From Heterodontus francisci (lineage: Eukaryota), in contig NC_090404.1 of NCBI RefSeq assembly GCF_036365525.1, positions 11,126,550 to 11,190,549 on the forward strand: DNA of 64,000 nucleotides. Direction: 5' to 3'. The notes beneath the pieces are model-generated. The model searched no databases, was not told where the DNA came from, and was given only the letters and a program-made list of their open reading frames with translations. Shown here in pieces: positions 1 to 11,890 of the stretch. Position numbers and translations under genes: made by a program. Every line of letters starts with the position of its first letter. Position 1 is the stretch's first letter.

Positions 1-1194
1 GCGAAGAAATTTATTTACAAAGCGAATTGTTATGATCCGGAATGCACTGCCTGAAAAGACGGTGGAAAAAGATTCAGTAATAGCTTTCAACAGGGAATTG
101 GTTAGATAACGGAGAAGGAAGAATTGTCTTTAGGGAAAGAGCAGAGCAAGTGGAACTAACTGAATAGCTCTATCACAGAACCAGCACAGACAAGATGAAA
201 GGAATGATTTCATTCTACGTTGCACGACTCTATAATTTCAATTAAATTTCTGTTTCTATTTTCTTGGTGAAAGACATACCACAGAAACATTTTAATGGTC
301 TATTCTGCTCCCGGAGCCAATCACCTTCCCGCAATGTTTGACCAGGTGTAACCCAGCTGTGTTATGTTTAACTGAGCATGGAAAGTTCCAACAGGAAGCA
401 GTGAGATTCATGAGCACAATTGGGCCAAGTGACGCTTAACATCTGTGTGTTGAAGATCAGAGTTTAACTGCAGTTTCACCCTTCAAGGGAGCTCCTGCCT
501 GTCTCAACATCTATTTGTTTATTTTTCTCTAACAAGGGGCCTGTTTTGTTCCATTTCAATTTAATCTCAGATTTCTATGGGCACAGCATTTTATTTCGAC
601 ATCTGGAATGTTCATTTTGTGACTGGTTTTGGATCTTGGCAACATGCGAACTTGTCCCAAAGTCTCTCAGTTGTCAGTTGGGTTCAGTCTGTGCAGTTTC
701 CGCAATGGTTTTACTGTTACTCACTGGAAACTGGCACTTCTGGCTCTCTGACAATTTCAATTCCTTCAGCCCATTGGCTCACATCTACCCTGTTCGCAAA
801 GCGGAGTCTCTCTAAGTTTAATATTGTGCAGAATCTGCAGAGCCGGATTTTACACACCACACGAGCTACTTCCCACTGTAATAACCTCTTACAATCCTGA
901 CCTCTTTGTCCCTTTATTCCTTTCCTCCTCGGTATTTTTCAAGCCTTTCCTAAAGTGCATCAATCACATATTCTCCAACTACACCCTGTGGCAGCGAGTT
1001 CCACTCTGTGTAAACAAAGTCTTCCTAATGTCTTTATTTGTTCTGTCGGTGACTATCTTATATTTATGGCTCTTTGTTCTGGATTCGCGGACAAGTGAAA
1101 ACATTTTCTACACGTGTACCCTAGGGAACAACTTTAGCATTTTAATTGAGTCCACCAGGTCTCCTTGTTGTTTATTTATTTATTTATTTATATT

Positions 1195-1410
1195 TAGAGA
1201 TACAGCACTGAAACAGGCCCTTCGGCCCACCGAGTCTGTGCCGACCAACAACCACCCATTTATACTAATCCTACATTAATCCCATATTCCCTACCACATC
1301 CCCACAACCTACCTACACTAGGGGCAATTTACAATGGCCAATTTACCTAACAACCTGCAAGTCTTTGGCTGTGGGAGGAAACCGGAGCACCCAGTGGAAA
1401 CCCACGCGCC
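1195..1410 (-). mobile_element. HE1-like V-SINE, 5'-truncated
   Basis: Reverse complement of the SINE at 26372; (TTTA)n tail. Confidence 0.85.
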
Positions 1411-2419
1411 ACTGTGCTGCCCCAACTTTCTCTTTTCAAGAGATAAGAGCGTCTGCCCGTTCAATCTTTCCAGATAGGTGTGAATTGCTGTTGATGTCTT
1501 TTCTCAGGTGTATTAGAAATCCAAAGTTGAGGAAAAAGTCTGGAATTCAATCGCAGCCCGTCCCTCCAGTAAATCTCACTTCCCGGCTTTGGATTTTATT
1601 TGAACAGCCCTGAGATCAGTGTCTCCAGAATCCCACCTGGCCGGTGAAGTCCAGTAGGTCTCCCTTTCGGTGAATTATTTCTTACTGGTTGTAAATGGAC
1701 TTTCTTCCTGTCTGCACTCGTTCCCTCGGCTGTTCCTGTGCCCCTTTTGTAAGAACATTCGTACCTCGCCCTGACTTGTTCACTGCCACGTGTTAATTCA
1801 ATTAACAGTAACCAAGGATGCAGATGAATTCCTGCAAACCTATCTCATACATGAACAACATGTATTACATAAACTATCACAGATGTACAGCAGAACCAGG
1901 CCATTCGGCCTAACTGGTTCAGGCCGGTGTTTATGCTCCACACGAGCCACCTTACACGCTACTATATCTCACACAGTCAAGATGTCATTCCATTGTTTTC
2001 TCTCTCAAGTGTTACTGTAGCTTCCCCTTGAATGCATTGATTTTGTTCGTCTCAACTACTCGACGTGATTGCGAGTTACACATTCGAACCACTCCCTGAA
2101 TGAAGAACTTCCTCCTGAATTGTTCTGTGCTGTTATTAAGAACACAAGTTCACAACATAAGAACAATAAGAAATAGTAGGCCATATGACCGATGTGGAGA
2201 GCCTGGAGCTAGGGGTCAAAGGCCGAGGGAAATGAATGACTCATCTATAGAATCATAGATTTGTTACAGCTCAGAAGGAGCCCATTCGGCCCGTCGTGTC
2301 CCTGCTGGTTCTCTGAAGGAGCAATTCACCGAGTACCTAGGAAGGTGATCAAGAGTCATTCCTTCATTGAGTGAACTGCACATATTTGGACTTCTGTAGC
2401 TTCGAGGACTGTGACGCTT

Positions 2420-4600
2420 CTAGTTACACCTTGCCATTCCACAAATGATCTGTTTATTCCTACTCGCTGTTTCCTGATACTTAACAAATGTTAAATGCAT
2501 GCTAATATAGTACTCCCAAATATTGTGTACCGACCTGCTGTGTGGCACCTTATCGAATGCCTTCTGAAAATCCAAATATACCGCATCCACTGGTTCCTTA
2601 TTAACTACCCTTTAGTGAAACCACAAAATAGATTTGTCAAGTATGATTTCTCTTTCATAAAGCTATGTTGATTCTGCTTAATTGTATTACGAATTTCCGA
2701 TTGCCCTATCATTGTGTTCCCAATAATAGATTCTAGTATTTTGTTTATTACTGATGCTAGCTGGCCTATAGTTCTCTGTCGCTCCTTTCTGGATCAACGG
2801 GTTACATTTCTATTTTCTAATCCACTGGTACTGTTTTAGAATCGAGAGAATTCTGAGATCAAACCAATAATTCCACTATCTCTTTTAAAACCCAAGTTCT
2901 AGGCAATCGGTTCTAGGGGATCTGTGAGATTTTAGTCCCACTATTTTTTCCAGTATCTTTTCTTTATTCATATTAATTGTTTTAACTCCTTCTCTCTAAT
3001 TAGACACTTGATTCTCCACAGTTTTCATTATGTTCTTTTTTTATTCATTCATGGGATGTGGGCGTCACTGGCCAGGCCAGCAGACATTGCCCATCCCTAA
3101 CTGCCCTTGAGAAGGTGGTGGTGAGCTGCCTTCTTGAACTGCTGCAGTCCATGTGAGGTAGGTACACCCACAGTGCTGTTAGGAAGGGAGTTCCAGGATT
3201 TTGACCCAGCGACAGTGAAGGAACAGCGATATAGTTCCAAGTCAGGATGGTGTGTGACTTGGACGGCAACGGGAACTGTAAAAGCAGACGCAAACTATCT
3301 GTTTAAACTGTCTGCTAGTTCCTTCTTCCCAATTATAACTTCGCTTATCTCTGCTTCTAATGCCATGCGTTTACTTTCACTGCTCCCTTCCTTTTAACAT
3401 ACTTGCAAAGGTTTTTACAATCTGTTTTCATTTTTCTTGCTAGTTTACTCTCATGTTCTATTTGCCTCCTCTTTATTATTTTGTTGTCATCCTTTTAAAA
3501 CCCTCACAATCCGCTGGCTTATTACTCTGACAATATTGTTATCTTCTTATTTCAATGCTATAGTATCCTTAACTTCCCTGGCTATGCATAGCTACAACAC
3601 TTTGCCAGTGGAGTTTTCTGTTCCTCAAGGCAATGTATGTTCATTGAGTATTAGGAATTATTTATTTAAATGCTTGCCATTGCTTATTGAACATCATATA
3701 TTTGAATATAAACTCTCAACCTAGCTCAGCCTGCACGCACCTGATCCCTCTCTAATTGGCCTTTTAAAACTTTAAACCCTAGTTTCGGGCTTAACCATAT
3801 TACTCTCAAATTGAATATGACATCTATCATGTTATGATCACTCTTTCCCAGAAAATCTGTTACTTTAGGATTATGAATTAATACAATCTCGTGACAAAAT
3901 ATTAGATCTAAGATAGTCAATTGCGTAATTAGTTTCCTCGACACATTGTTCTCGGTAGGTATCTCCAATGCATACCAGAATCTTATCCTCCAATCTACTT
4001 TTGTTAATTTGGTTTGCCCACTCTCTATAGAGATTACACTCTCCCGGGATTATTGCATTCACCATGTTACATGCTCCTTTAACTTGCTGATTTAAACTCT
4101 GTATAACAATATGATTGTTTTAAATGCAGTGTTTTTTCTGCACTTTGTTATTTCGTTGCACACCATACTAATTTTAGATCTTGACTTTTTGGTCTAAGAT
4201 CCTTTCTCACGACTGCCTTTATCTCATCCTATATTACCCGGCCTTGTCCGTTTCCTTTTTCATTTTGCCTAGTTTTTCCAAAAGTCATGTACCCTTGTAT
4301 ATTTAGTTCCCAACTTCAGTCACCCTGTAACTATGTCGCAGCAATGGTTACTAGATCAAATACGTATTTGTGTCATTAATTCAACTGTCTTCTTACGAAT
4401 GCAGCGTGCATTCAGATATAGCACCTTTCATTTTCCCCCCCACTATCTTTCCCTTAATCGCTCAAGCCTTATTACCGTTATTAAACCATTTATCACTTGC
4501 TGACTCAACCTGCTGGATTTTACACAAATCGCTACTCTGCGCTACAGCCTTGACTTATCTTTTCAGACTTACTAAATCAGCCTTGGGAATATATTTATTT
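2420..4600 (-). mobile_element. Degenerate CR1 LINE (with a LINE/SINE 3' tail inserted at about 3035-3265)
   Basis: Endonuclease remnants ILDLIFC and LGKSDHNMI, plus decayed RT-proximal sequence. Confidence 0.75.
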
Positions 4601-5145
4601 AACTGGCGGTATCGAACAGGACGCTGCAGGTATGGAAGGGGCCGCTGTAGTATTGGGTTCACTCTCCCGGTTACTCATTCACGCTGCCCGGCCCGGAATG
4701 GAATATCCTGTCCACGAGAGAGAGAGAGAGAGAGAGCTCTGTCACCCTCTCCCGAGTCAGGGAGATACAGCTTCCTCAGTCACAGTGAACAGCGGGAGCG
4801 GAGGCCGGAGTCATTTAAACCAACTGTGGATCAGATTGAGAAAGAGTTTGGGATGTTTTGAAGATCCTCCAAAGTCTACGTTAAACTAATGATGGTCCAG
4901 ATGGTGTCAGCACTCCGTAGACTGTCTGTTCCGTGGGGATCTCACTTCATCCCTCCAGACGCAAACCTGGACCCTACTCCCGGTTCATAATCTGCCCTAA
5001 ACCTCAAACTGCAATGGAAAAGCTCCATTAGGAAACTGCTGTGTTTTATTTTCAAGGAATTGAGGTGATATTGATCGCGATAATGAACTGAGGGTGAACA
5101 TTCACCAGGACAGTCTGTAACACGGCGGGGTTTGCAGTCACTTAC

Positions 5146-5237
5146 CGGCTGTGACCGTCACCACCGTCCCGGATCCATCCACGTATCTAGTCTCGGAACA
5201 CAGTGACACCGCTCTCAGTCACCCCGGTACAGGAACT
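5146..5237 (-). other. NAR-TCR J segment (coding 5198-5146) with 5' 23-RSS (5237-5199)
   Basis: Minus strand: AGTTCCTGT-23 nt-CACTGTG, then SETRYVDGSGTVVTVTA and a phase-1 G|GTAAG donor. The GxGTVVTV motif is IgNAR/IgH-J-like. Confidence 0.92.
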
Positions 5238-5560
5238 ACCGATACCTCAATCTGCCGGTCACACATCACCAGATAGTCGACGCTGCCCAATTATTCCAGG
5301 GATTATAGATTAATAAACAATATTCCATGTTTCACAGTCCCTGTCGGTTCAAACCATTCTTCATGAGACTCTGAACTCTTGGTAAAATGGCCCAGGAACA
5401 CGGGCTGAGGATGGGCGCTTCATATAAACGGAGGAAATGTCAGACAAATATAACAGAAAGGAGGAAATTGCAATAAAATTAAACCAGATTCCAGCGATGA
5501 TAATATCAACCCGGCAATTCAGGGCCCGGACCCGGGGAGTTTCAATTTTAATTGTACAGA

Positions 5561-5633
5561 GGTATTTGTTCAGGTCTCATTCACTGTGACTTTTCCCCAA
5601 GTTAACACAATGTCTCAAGTCAATACAATATCC
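5561..5633 (-). other. NAR-TCR D segment (coding 5605-5589, TTAACTTGGGGAAAAGT) flanked by two 12-RSS
   Basis: Plus strand: GGTATTTGT-12 nt-CACTGTG-[17 nt]-CACAATG-12 nt-ACAATATCC, lying between V and J. Confidence 0.92.
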
Positions 5634-5958
5634 CCCGGTACTTGGTGAGATGTGGGGATATCAGTTAACCGGCGGGGACTGCAGTTCCCGGTTCCAGCTG
5701 TTAGATCAGGATCCCATGTGGTGTTTGGGATTTGTGACTGGGATCAGTCATTCCCAATCTCCATTCATTGACAGCAATCCCGGGAATGTCATCACCATCC
5801 GCGCACACTCGGCATTTATAAAACTCAGGATGTTAACGGCAATAATCCAATCTCATTATAAACTAGACTGTGGGGGAGACGGTGCGAGGTGGAACTGTGA
5901 GGGTTAACGGCAGATTAACTCCGCTTTTTCATTTGTTTCTGTGATAATCTGCAGTGAG

Positions 5959-5996
5959 AGTTTTTGTACCGTGGGACGCCGAGGCCCATCACTGTG
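5959..5996 (-). promoter_or_regulatory. 23-type RSS of the NAR-TCR V (22-nt spacer)
   Basis: CACAGTG (5996-5990), 22 nt, ACAAAAACT (5967-5959). Confidence 0.93.
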
Positions 5997-6478
5997 TATT
6001 CCAGTACCAGTATTCAGCTTTACAGTAATAGGTGGCGGTGTCTTCAACTCTCACATCCCGAATTCGCAGAGAAAAAGTCTTTTCTGCCTTATTCACCGAC
6101 ACATCAAATCGGCCTCCACCAGAGATCCGCTCCCACTCTGTCCCGGTCTGGGTTTGTCTGAAGAAATGTCCATTTCGGAAAGTATAATCCCAATAACCAC
6201 CATTGTAAACACAGGTGATGGTGAGAGACTGACACTCCTTCCTGCTCACCGCTCCCGGGGTCTGTGTCACTGACTGACTGAAAGAGCCTGGAAATTAAAC
6301 AGAGAGAGTTTAATGGGCCAGCAGAGCCGAAACACACAACGAGGCTCAAACCCGAGACAGTGTCTGTAATTGGGATGGACTCGGGCAGCTTTATATTAAA
6401 TCCACACAATGTCGGTTTGTTTGATTGGTACTCACGGGGTAAACAGACACACAGGGTGAAAACAAGGAGGATTCCCAT
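5997..6478 (-). CDS. NAR-TCR (IgNAR-like) V gene segment, germline; leader exon 6478-6436, V exon 6287-5997
   Basis: Leader MGILLVFTLCVCLP with GTGAGT donor; TTTCCAG acceptor, phase 1. V reads SFSQSVTQTPGAVSRKECQSLTITCVYNGGYWDYTFRNGHFFRQTQTGTEWERISGGGRFDVSVNKAEKTFSLRIRDVRVEDTATYYCKAEYWYWN. It lacks CDR2 as VNAR does (ERISGGGRF..SVNK..KTFSLRI), has an extra FR1 Cys, and is followed by an RSS. Confidence 0.92.
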
Positions 6479-6879
6479 CGTTTTGCTGCCTGGAGCTGAT
6501 GGTTTATATGACGGGGAGCTGGAGACTGCAGCCCTGGACTGCTCTGGGAGACTGGACCTCAGAGCTGGACTGAAATACTTCAGGGGGTCGAGTTGATTTG
6601 CAGAGGACAGTGTCCCGGAGATGATTGATGGGCCGCACGGTTCCTGGGTCTCTGACTGTGTGTTGTGTGAATAAGCGACAGGTTTAAAGAGGGAACCTGC
6701 AGTTTTCTGTCGTTTCATTGGGTCTGTGAGGCCGATGTGAAATCCCCTCCCACATTAGTCTGATGTACAGGGGGTGGGGCTGGGGGAGTTGTTCTGTCAG
6801 TAGAGGCTGCCGCCCTCCTTTCCCCCACAGTAATGAGCTGGGAGGTCGCTCCATGTGTTTTTATTGGGTGGTGTTTGTT

Positions 6880-7055
6880 GAGGGTGGAATGTGGGCCCAG
6901 GACACCGGGAGAATCCCCCCTCCCCGCTCTTGTTCCAATAGTGCCGGGGATTCTTTAACATCTCCCTGAACGGGCTGGCGGGGCCTCGGTTAAACGTCTG
7001 ATCTGAAGGACGGAGCCTCAGACCCGGCAGCTTCCCTCAGTCCAGCAACTGAGAC
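6880..7055 (-). mobile_element. DeuSINE/SacSINE-like fragment
   Basis: AATAGTGCC..GGATTCTTT..GGGGCCTCGGTTAAACGTCTGATCTGAAGGACGG resembles the Deu core as I recall it; not database-checked. Confidence 0.55.
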
Positions 7056-7619
7056 AGTCCAGTGACATTGTCAATATCCAGGCAGAAATACACAATAGAC
7101 ACAAAGAATAAACTCTCCCTGTCATTTAAACACATGCTTCCTGCATCCTCCCCTTCTGTGGTTTGTATTTAAAACGATGTTTTAATTCAGTAATGATTGG
7201 TTTCCAGGTCTGTAATATTCAGAGTTTCCAGTTGCAGTGACAAAGAATGAAGAGACACTCCGAAGTAAAATGGATGTTGGGAGAACTCAATGCGTGGGCC
7301 TGTTTTAAGGATCGCAGTCACGATCGTATGAAAGCTGTTCATTGTGTATAAACTGTCTCTGACCCAGCAATATACTCTGATCAAATAAACCATGTGAAAT
7401 GGCTCCGGGAAACTGACAGGGAATATGGGAGCAGGGCTGTTCAATATTTCAGGCAGGCAAGGAAAGGGCAGTGAAGGACAAAAGGGGAATTCAGGACCAA
7501 GGTACGTCACACAATCATGGCCGACCTTACGTCACACAAATAGGAAGCCAAGTTCAAATTTTGACAGTGGCTATCCAAGTCAGGCCGTCGCCCTCATATT
7601 GAACTCTTCCCCCTGAGCA

Positions 7620-8348
7620 AATATAACCATCTCCCCTTGACATTGACATTCAATGACATTACAATCGCTGAATCCACCACTATCAACATCGTGTGGGTTA
7701 CCATTGACCAGAAGCTGAACTGGAGTAGCCATATAAATACCGTGATTGCAAGAGCATGTCAGAGGCGAGGGATCCTGTGGCGAATAACTCACCTCCTGAC
7801 TCTCCAAAGCCTGCCCACCATCTACAAGGCTCAAGTCAGGAGTGGGTGCAGCTTTCTGGTTGGGTGCAACTTCAACAAACCCTCAGGAAGCTCGACACCA
7901 TCCAGGTCAAAGCAGCCCACTTGATTGGCACCCCATTCACAAACATTCGCTCTCTCCACCACCGACGCACAGTGGCAGCAGTGTGTACCATCTACAAGAT
8001 GCACTGCAGCGTCGCACCAAGGTTCCTTAGACAGCACCTTCCAAACCCGCGACCGCTACCACCTAGAAGGACAAGGGAAGCAGATGCATGGGAACACCAC
8101 CACCTGCAGTTCCCTCCAAGTCACACACCATCCTGACTTGGAACTATCTCGCTGTTCCTTCACTGTCACTGGGTCAAAAACAATCCTGGAGCTCCCTTCC
8201 TAATAGCACCGTGGGTGCACCTACCCCACAATGGACTGCAGCGATTCAAGACGGCAGCTCACCACCACCTTCTGAAGAGCACTTAGAGATGAGTAATAAA
8301 TGCTGGCCTGGCCAGCGATGCCCACATCCCAAGACCGAATGAAAAAAC
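7620..8348 (+). mobile_element. L2/CR1-group LINE 3' fragment
   Basis: TIDQKLNWSSHIN, TIYKAQVRS and SLHHRRTVAA motifs; 3' UTR with A-rich tail. Same family at 54340-55050 (-). Confidence 0.8.
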
Positions 8349-8465
8349 ATATTCTAGTGAAGTTTAACTGAGACAGGTCTAGTGTAATATAACCAGAGAC
8401 ATGGTCTAATTCTGTAATAATTAATACACGGCCTAGTGCAAAATAAAGAGAGATTGTGTCTATTG

Positions 8466-8792
8466 CACAGTGGTGCAGTGGTTAGCACCGCAGCCTCACG
8501 GCTCCAGCGACCCGGGTTCAATTCTGGGTACTGCCTGTGTGGAGTTTGCAAGTTCTCCCTGTGTCTGCGTGGGTTTCGTCCGGGTGCTTTGGTTTCCTCC
8601 CACATGCCAAAAACTTGCAGGTTGATAGGTAAATTGGCCGTTAAAAATTGCCCCTAGTATAGGTAGGGAAATATAGGGACAGGTGGGGATGTGGTAGGAA
8701 TATGGAATTAGTATGGATGGGTGGTTGATGGTCGGCACAGACTCGGTGGGCCGAAGGGCCTGTTTCAGTGCTGTCTCTCTAAACTAAACTAA
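8466..8792 (+). mobile_element. HE1-like tRNA-derived V-SINE
   Basis: A/B boxes (TGGTGCAGTGG, GGTTCAATT), V-domain core and CR1-type tail. Confidence 0.9.
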
Positions 8793-11029
8793 TTTGAGAC
8801 TGACCCATGGGTGAAAAGATGATGTGAATGGAGTTCACACTTCTAACCAGATCATCTTAAACCTGATTGTGACCGCATTAACAGAATGGGTGTTTGAATT
8901 TGTAGGTCCGACCGGAATCTGTATTTTGTTACCGAGGGACCATCGAGTGGGATGGAGACAGGCTGGAGAATCCGCTCCCCAGAGGGCAGGTGAACTCAAC
9001 AATTTAATCCAAGAGGGTTCTAGGAACACAGTAAGATTTGAAACCACGAAGTCAAGTCCCAGATCTGCCAGTGAGTGAAACTATCTCCAGGAACCTTGGC
9101 TCAGCAGCTAATAGCTGACTCTGTGTGACCTGTATAATACTGGGCTGGCAGAGACCAGCTTTTCCGGACAGATGCTTCTGGATGATTCCTGCGGATCTGC
9201 TGCCATCTGGTGGAATAAATCAGAATTCTCCCCCGCAATCTTTTTCCTTTCATTGGAGAACTTTTGTTTTAGGAGTACATTTTGTAAGACATTCAATAGG
9301 AGATTACACCAAAATGGTTATGATAAATAAATGATTACTGCAGGACAAAGAACCGTTAACTAGTCAGATTGTTAAGAATCTTACCAACTAAGGTAATGGA
9401 TACAGTAGAACTGAAATTACTCGTTCCCATTGGGAGCAGGGTGGGTCTCTTGCCCCGACACCATCTCAAATTCGTATCAGTCAAGTATTTTGAGCATTTA
9501 TGTGCTGTACCGTTTATAGTCTTAGCCACATCTTGCTAACGTGATAACATGTCAATGATTTCAGATTATTTTAATTCATCCTAAGTACGTTAATTAAAAG
9601 ATGCCATTCTCTTTAGTTACTCTGCGCTCCGTTTTCTAGTCTTTGTACAAAGTCCTTTTTCACGGTTAGTACCTCATTATCGGAACATTTCTGATACCTT
9701 TCTTAATGGCATTTTTGGATTCAATCCGCCTTCTGACGATCTGGCCCCGGCCGAGAACACATCACATCTGTCATTACAGATGACTGTATGACTGTAATGA
9801 CTCCATTAAACATTGTCCATCAGCTTCTAATCCTGTCCTGAAAACGACCTCTTAGAACCTGATTATATTGTACATTCTTAGTTCAGAACATAGGAACATA
9901 GGAGCAGGAGTAGACCATTCAGCCCATCGAGCCTGCCCCGCCATTCAATATGATCATGGCTGATCATCCACCTCAATGCACTTTTCCCACACTATCCTCA
10001 TATCCCCTTATGTCATTTGTATTTAGAAATCCGACAATCTCTGCTTTAAACAGACTCAATGACTGAGCTTCCACAGCCCTCTGGGGTAGAGAATTCCAAA
10101 GATTCACAACCCTCTGAGTAAAGAAATTTCTCCTCATCTCTGTCCTAAGTGGCTTCCCCCTTATTTTGAAATTGTGTCCCCTGGTTCTAGATTCTCCAAC
10201 CAGGGGAAACATCTTAGCTGCATCTACCCTGTCTATCCCTTTAAGTATGTTGTAGGTTTCAATGAGATTACCTCTCATTCTTCGAAACTCTAGAAAATAC
10301 AGGCCCAGCTTCCCCAATCTCCCTTCATAGGACAGTCCCGCCATCTCGGGAACAAGTCTGGTGAACCTTCGTCGAGATCAGAGAGAGAGAGAGAGAGAGA
10401 GAGCACGGTGGCAGCAGAGCTTTAAAAAGTGCACCAAAAGGAGAGTCGGAGACCAGAGAGAGAGAGAAAGAGAAGAGAAAGAGAGTGCACGGCGGGAGCA
10501 GAGGAGGGGGAAAAAAAGCGAAAAGTGACATCAGAGTGACGTCGCAGTCGACAGAGAGAGCAGGAGAACAGAAAGTTGTCCGGGGTGAGTATACAGGTAA
10601 GTTTTTAATTTATCTTGATCTCAATCAATCAATTATAAAATAAAAATTGATCGATTCTGTATTATACAAACTAAAAACTAAAGCAAATTTTATAATTTGT
10701 AAAACAGAGTGAAAGAGACAGAGACCAGCAGGGAGTGGTATTCGCTCAAATTCGACCAACTAATGCTTAAACTGTATTAAGTATTATTAGAGTTTATCAG
10801 TATTTGTAAGTTTTGCTAATAATAGTAAGGTTTATTAGAATTGGAAAGCTTTATTAGCATTAGTAAGGTCTGTTACCAGTAGGAAGGTCTACTTATCTGT
10901 GTAATCAAGGAAGGTACAACTTTAAAACAAGTAAATAGCTGGTGAGTATTTTAATAAGTAAGTCGCTGGTGAGTATTTTAACAAGTGAGTAGTTGGCGAG
11001 TATTTGTTGTTAGTAAGGTTTATTTTAAT

Positions 11030-11890
11030 AAAAGCAAAATACTGCAGATGCTGGAAATCTGAAATAAAAGCAAGAAATGCTGGAAATACTCAGCAGGTCA
11101 GGCAGCATCTGTGGGGAGAGAAGCAGAGTTAACGTTTCAGGTCAGTGACCCTTCATCAAAACTGGCAAAGGTTAGAAATGTAATAGGTTTTAACCAAATA
11201 AAGCGGGGGTGGGGCAAGAGATAACAAAAGAGAATGTGTTGATAGGACAGGGTCACTGAGAATAGCATGCCTCATCGATAAATGAGATGCTGTTCCTCGA
11301 GCTTGCGTTGATGTTCACTGGAACACTGCAGCAAGCCCAGGACAGAGATGTGAGCATGAGAGCAGGGGTGTGTGTTGAAATGACAAGCAACTGGAAGCTC
11401 ATGCTTTCTGACTGAGTGGAGGTGTTCCGCAAAGCGGTCACCCAGTCTGCGTTTGGTCTTCCCAATGTAGAGGAGTAAAATTGTGGGCAGCAAAAACAGT
11501 ATACTGCATTGAAAGAAGTACAAGTAGATCGCTGCTTCATCTGAAAGGAGTGTTTGAGGCCATGGGTATTGAGGAGAGAGGAGGTAAAAGGCAAGGTATT
11601 ACTCGTCCTGCGATTGCATGGGAAGATGCCGCAGGAAGGGGACGAGGTGTTGGGGGTAATGGAGGAGTGGACCAGGGCGTCACGGAGGGAATGATCCCAT
11701 TGGAATGCTGACAGCAGAGAGGAGGGGAAGATGCGACTGGTAGTGGCATCACACTGGATGTGGCAGAAATGGCAGAGGATGTGGAGACTGGTGAGGTGGA
11801 AAGTGAGGACAAGTGGAACCTTCTCGGAGTTCTGGGAGGGAGGGGAAAGGGTAAGGTTCGTGGTGCGGGAAATGGGCCATATGGATTGAG
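11030..11890 (-). mobile_element. Penelope-like element fragment (GIY-YIG endonuclease plus terminal repeat)
   Basis: YIGKTKRRLGDRFAEHL..PVACHFN..RKLEEQHLIYR; a terminal segment is shared with 29004-29141. Confidence 0.85.

Noticed and set aside
6596-6603. Octamer-like ATTTGCAG upstream of the NAR V
   Set aside because: One mismatch to ATTTGCAT and not conserved in the 29.6-kb promoter copy; too weak to call.
6104-6718. 204-aa ORF overlapping the NAR V leader
   Set aside because: It reads through promoter, leader and intron into an off-frame V; the spliced model explains the region.
6826-6864. CACAGTA followed 23 nt later by TGTTTTTAT
   Set aside because: The nonamer-like motif is in the wrong orientation relative to the heptamer, and no coding segment is adjacent.
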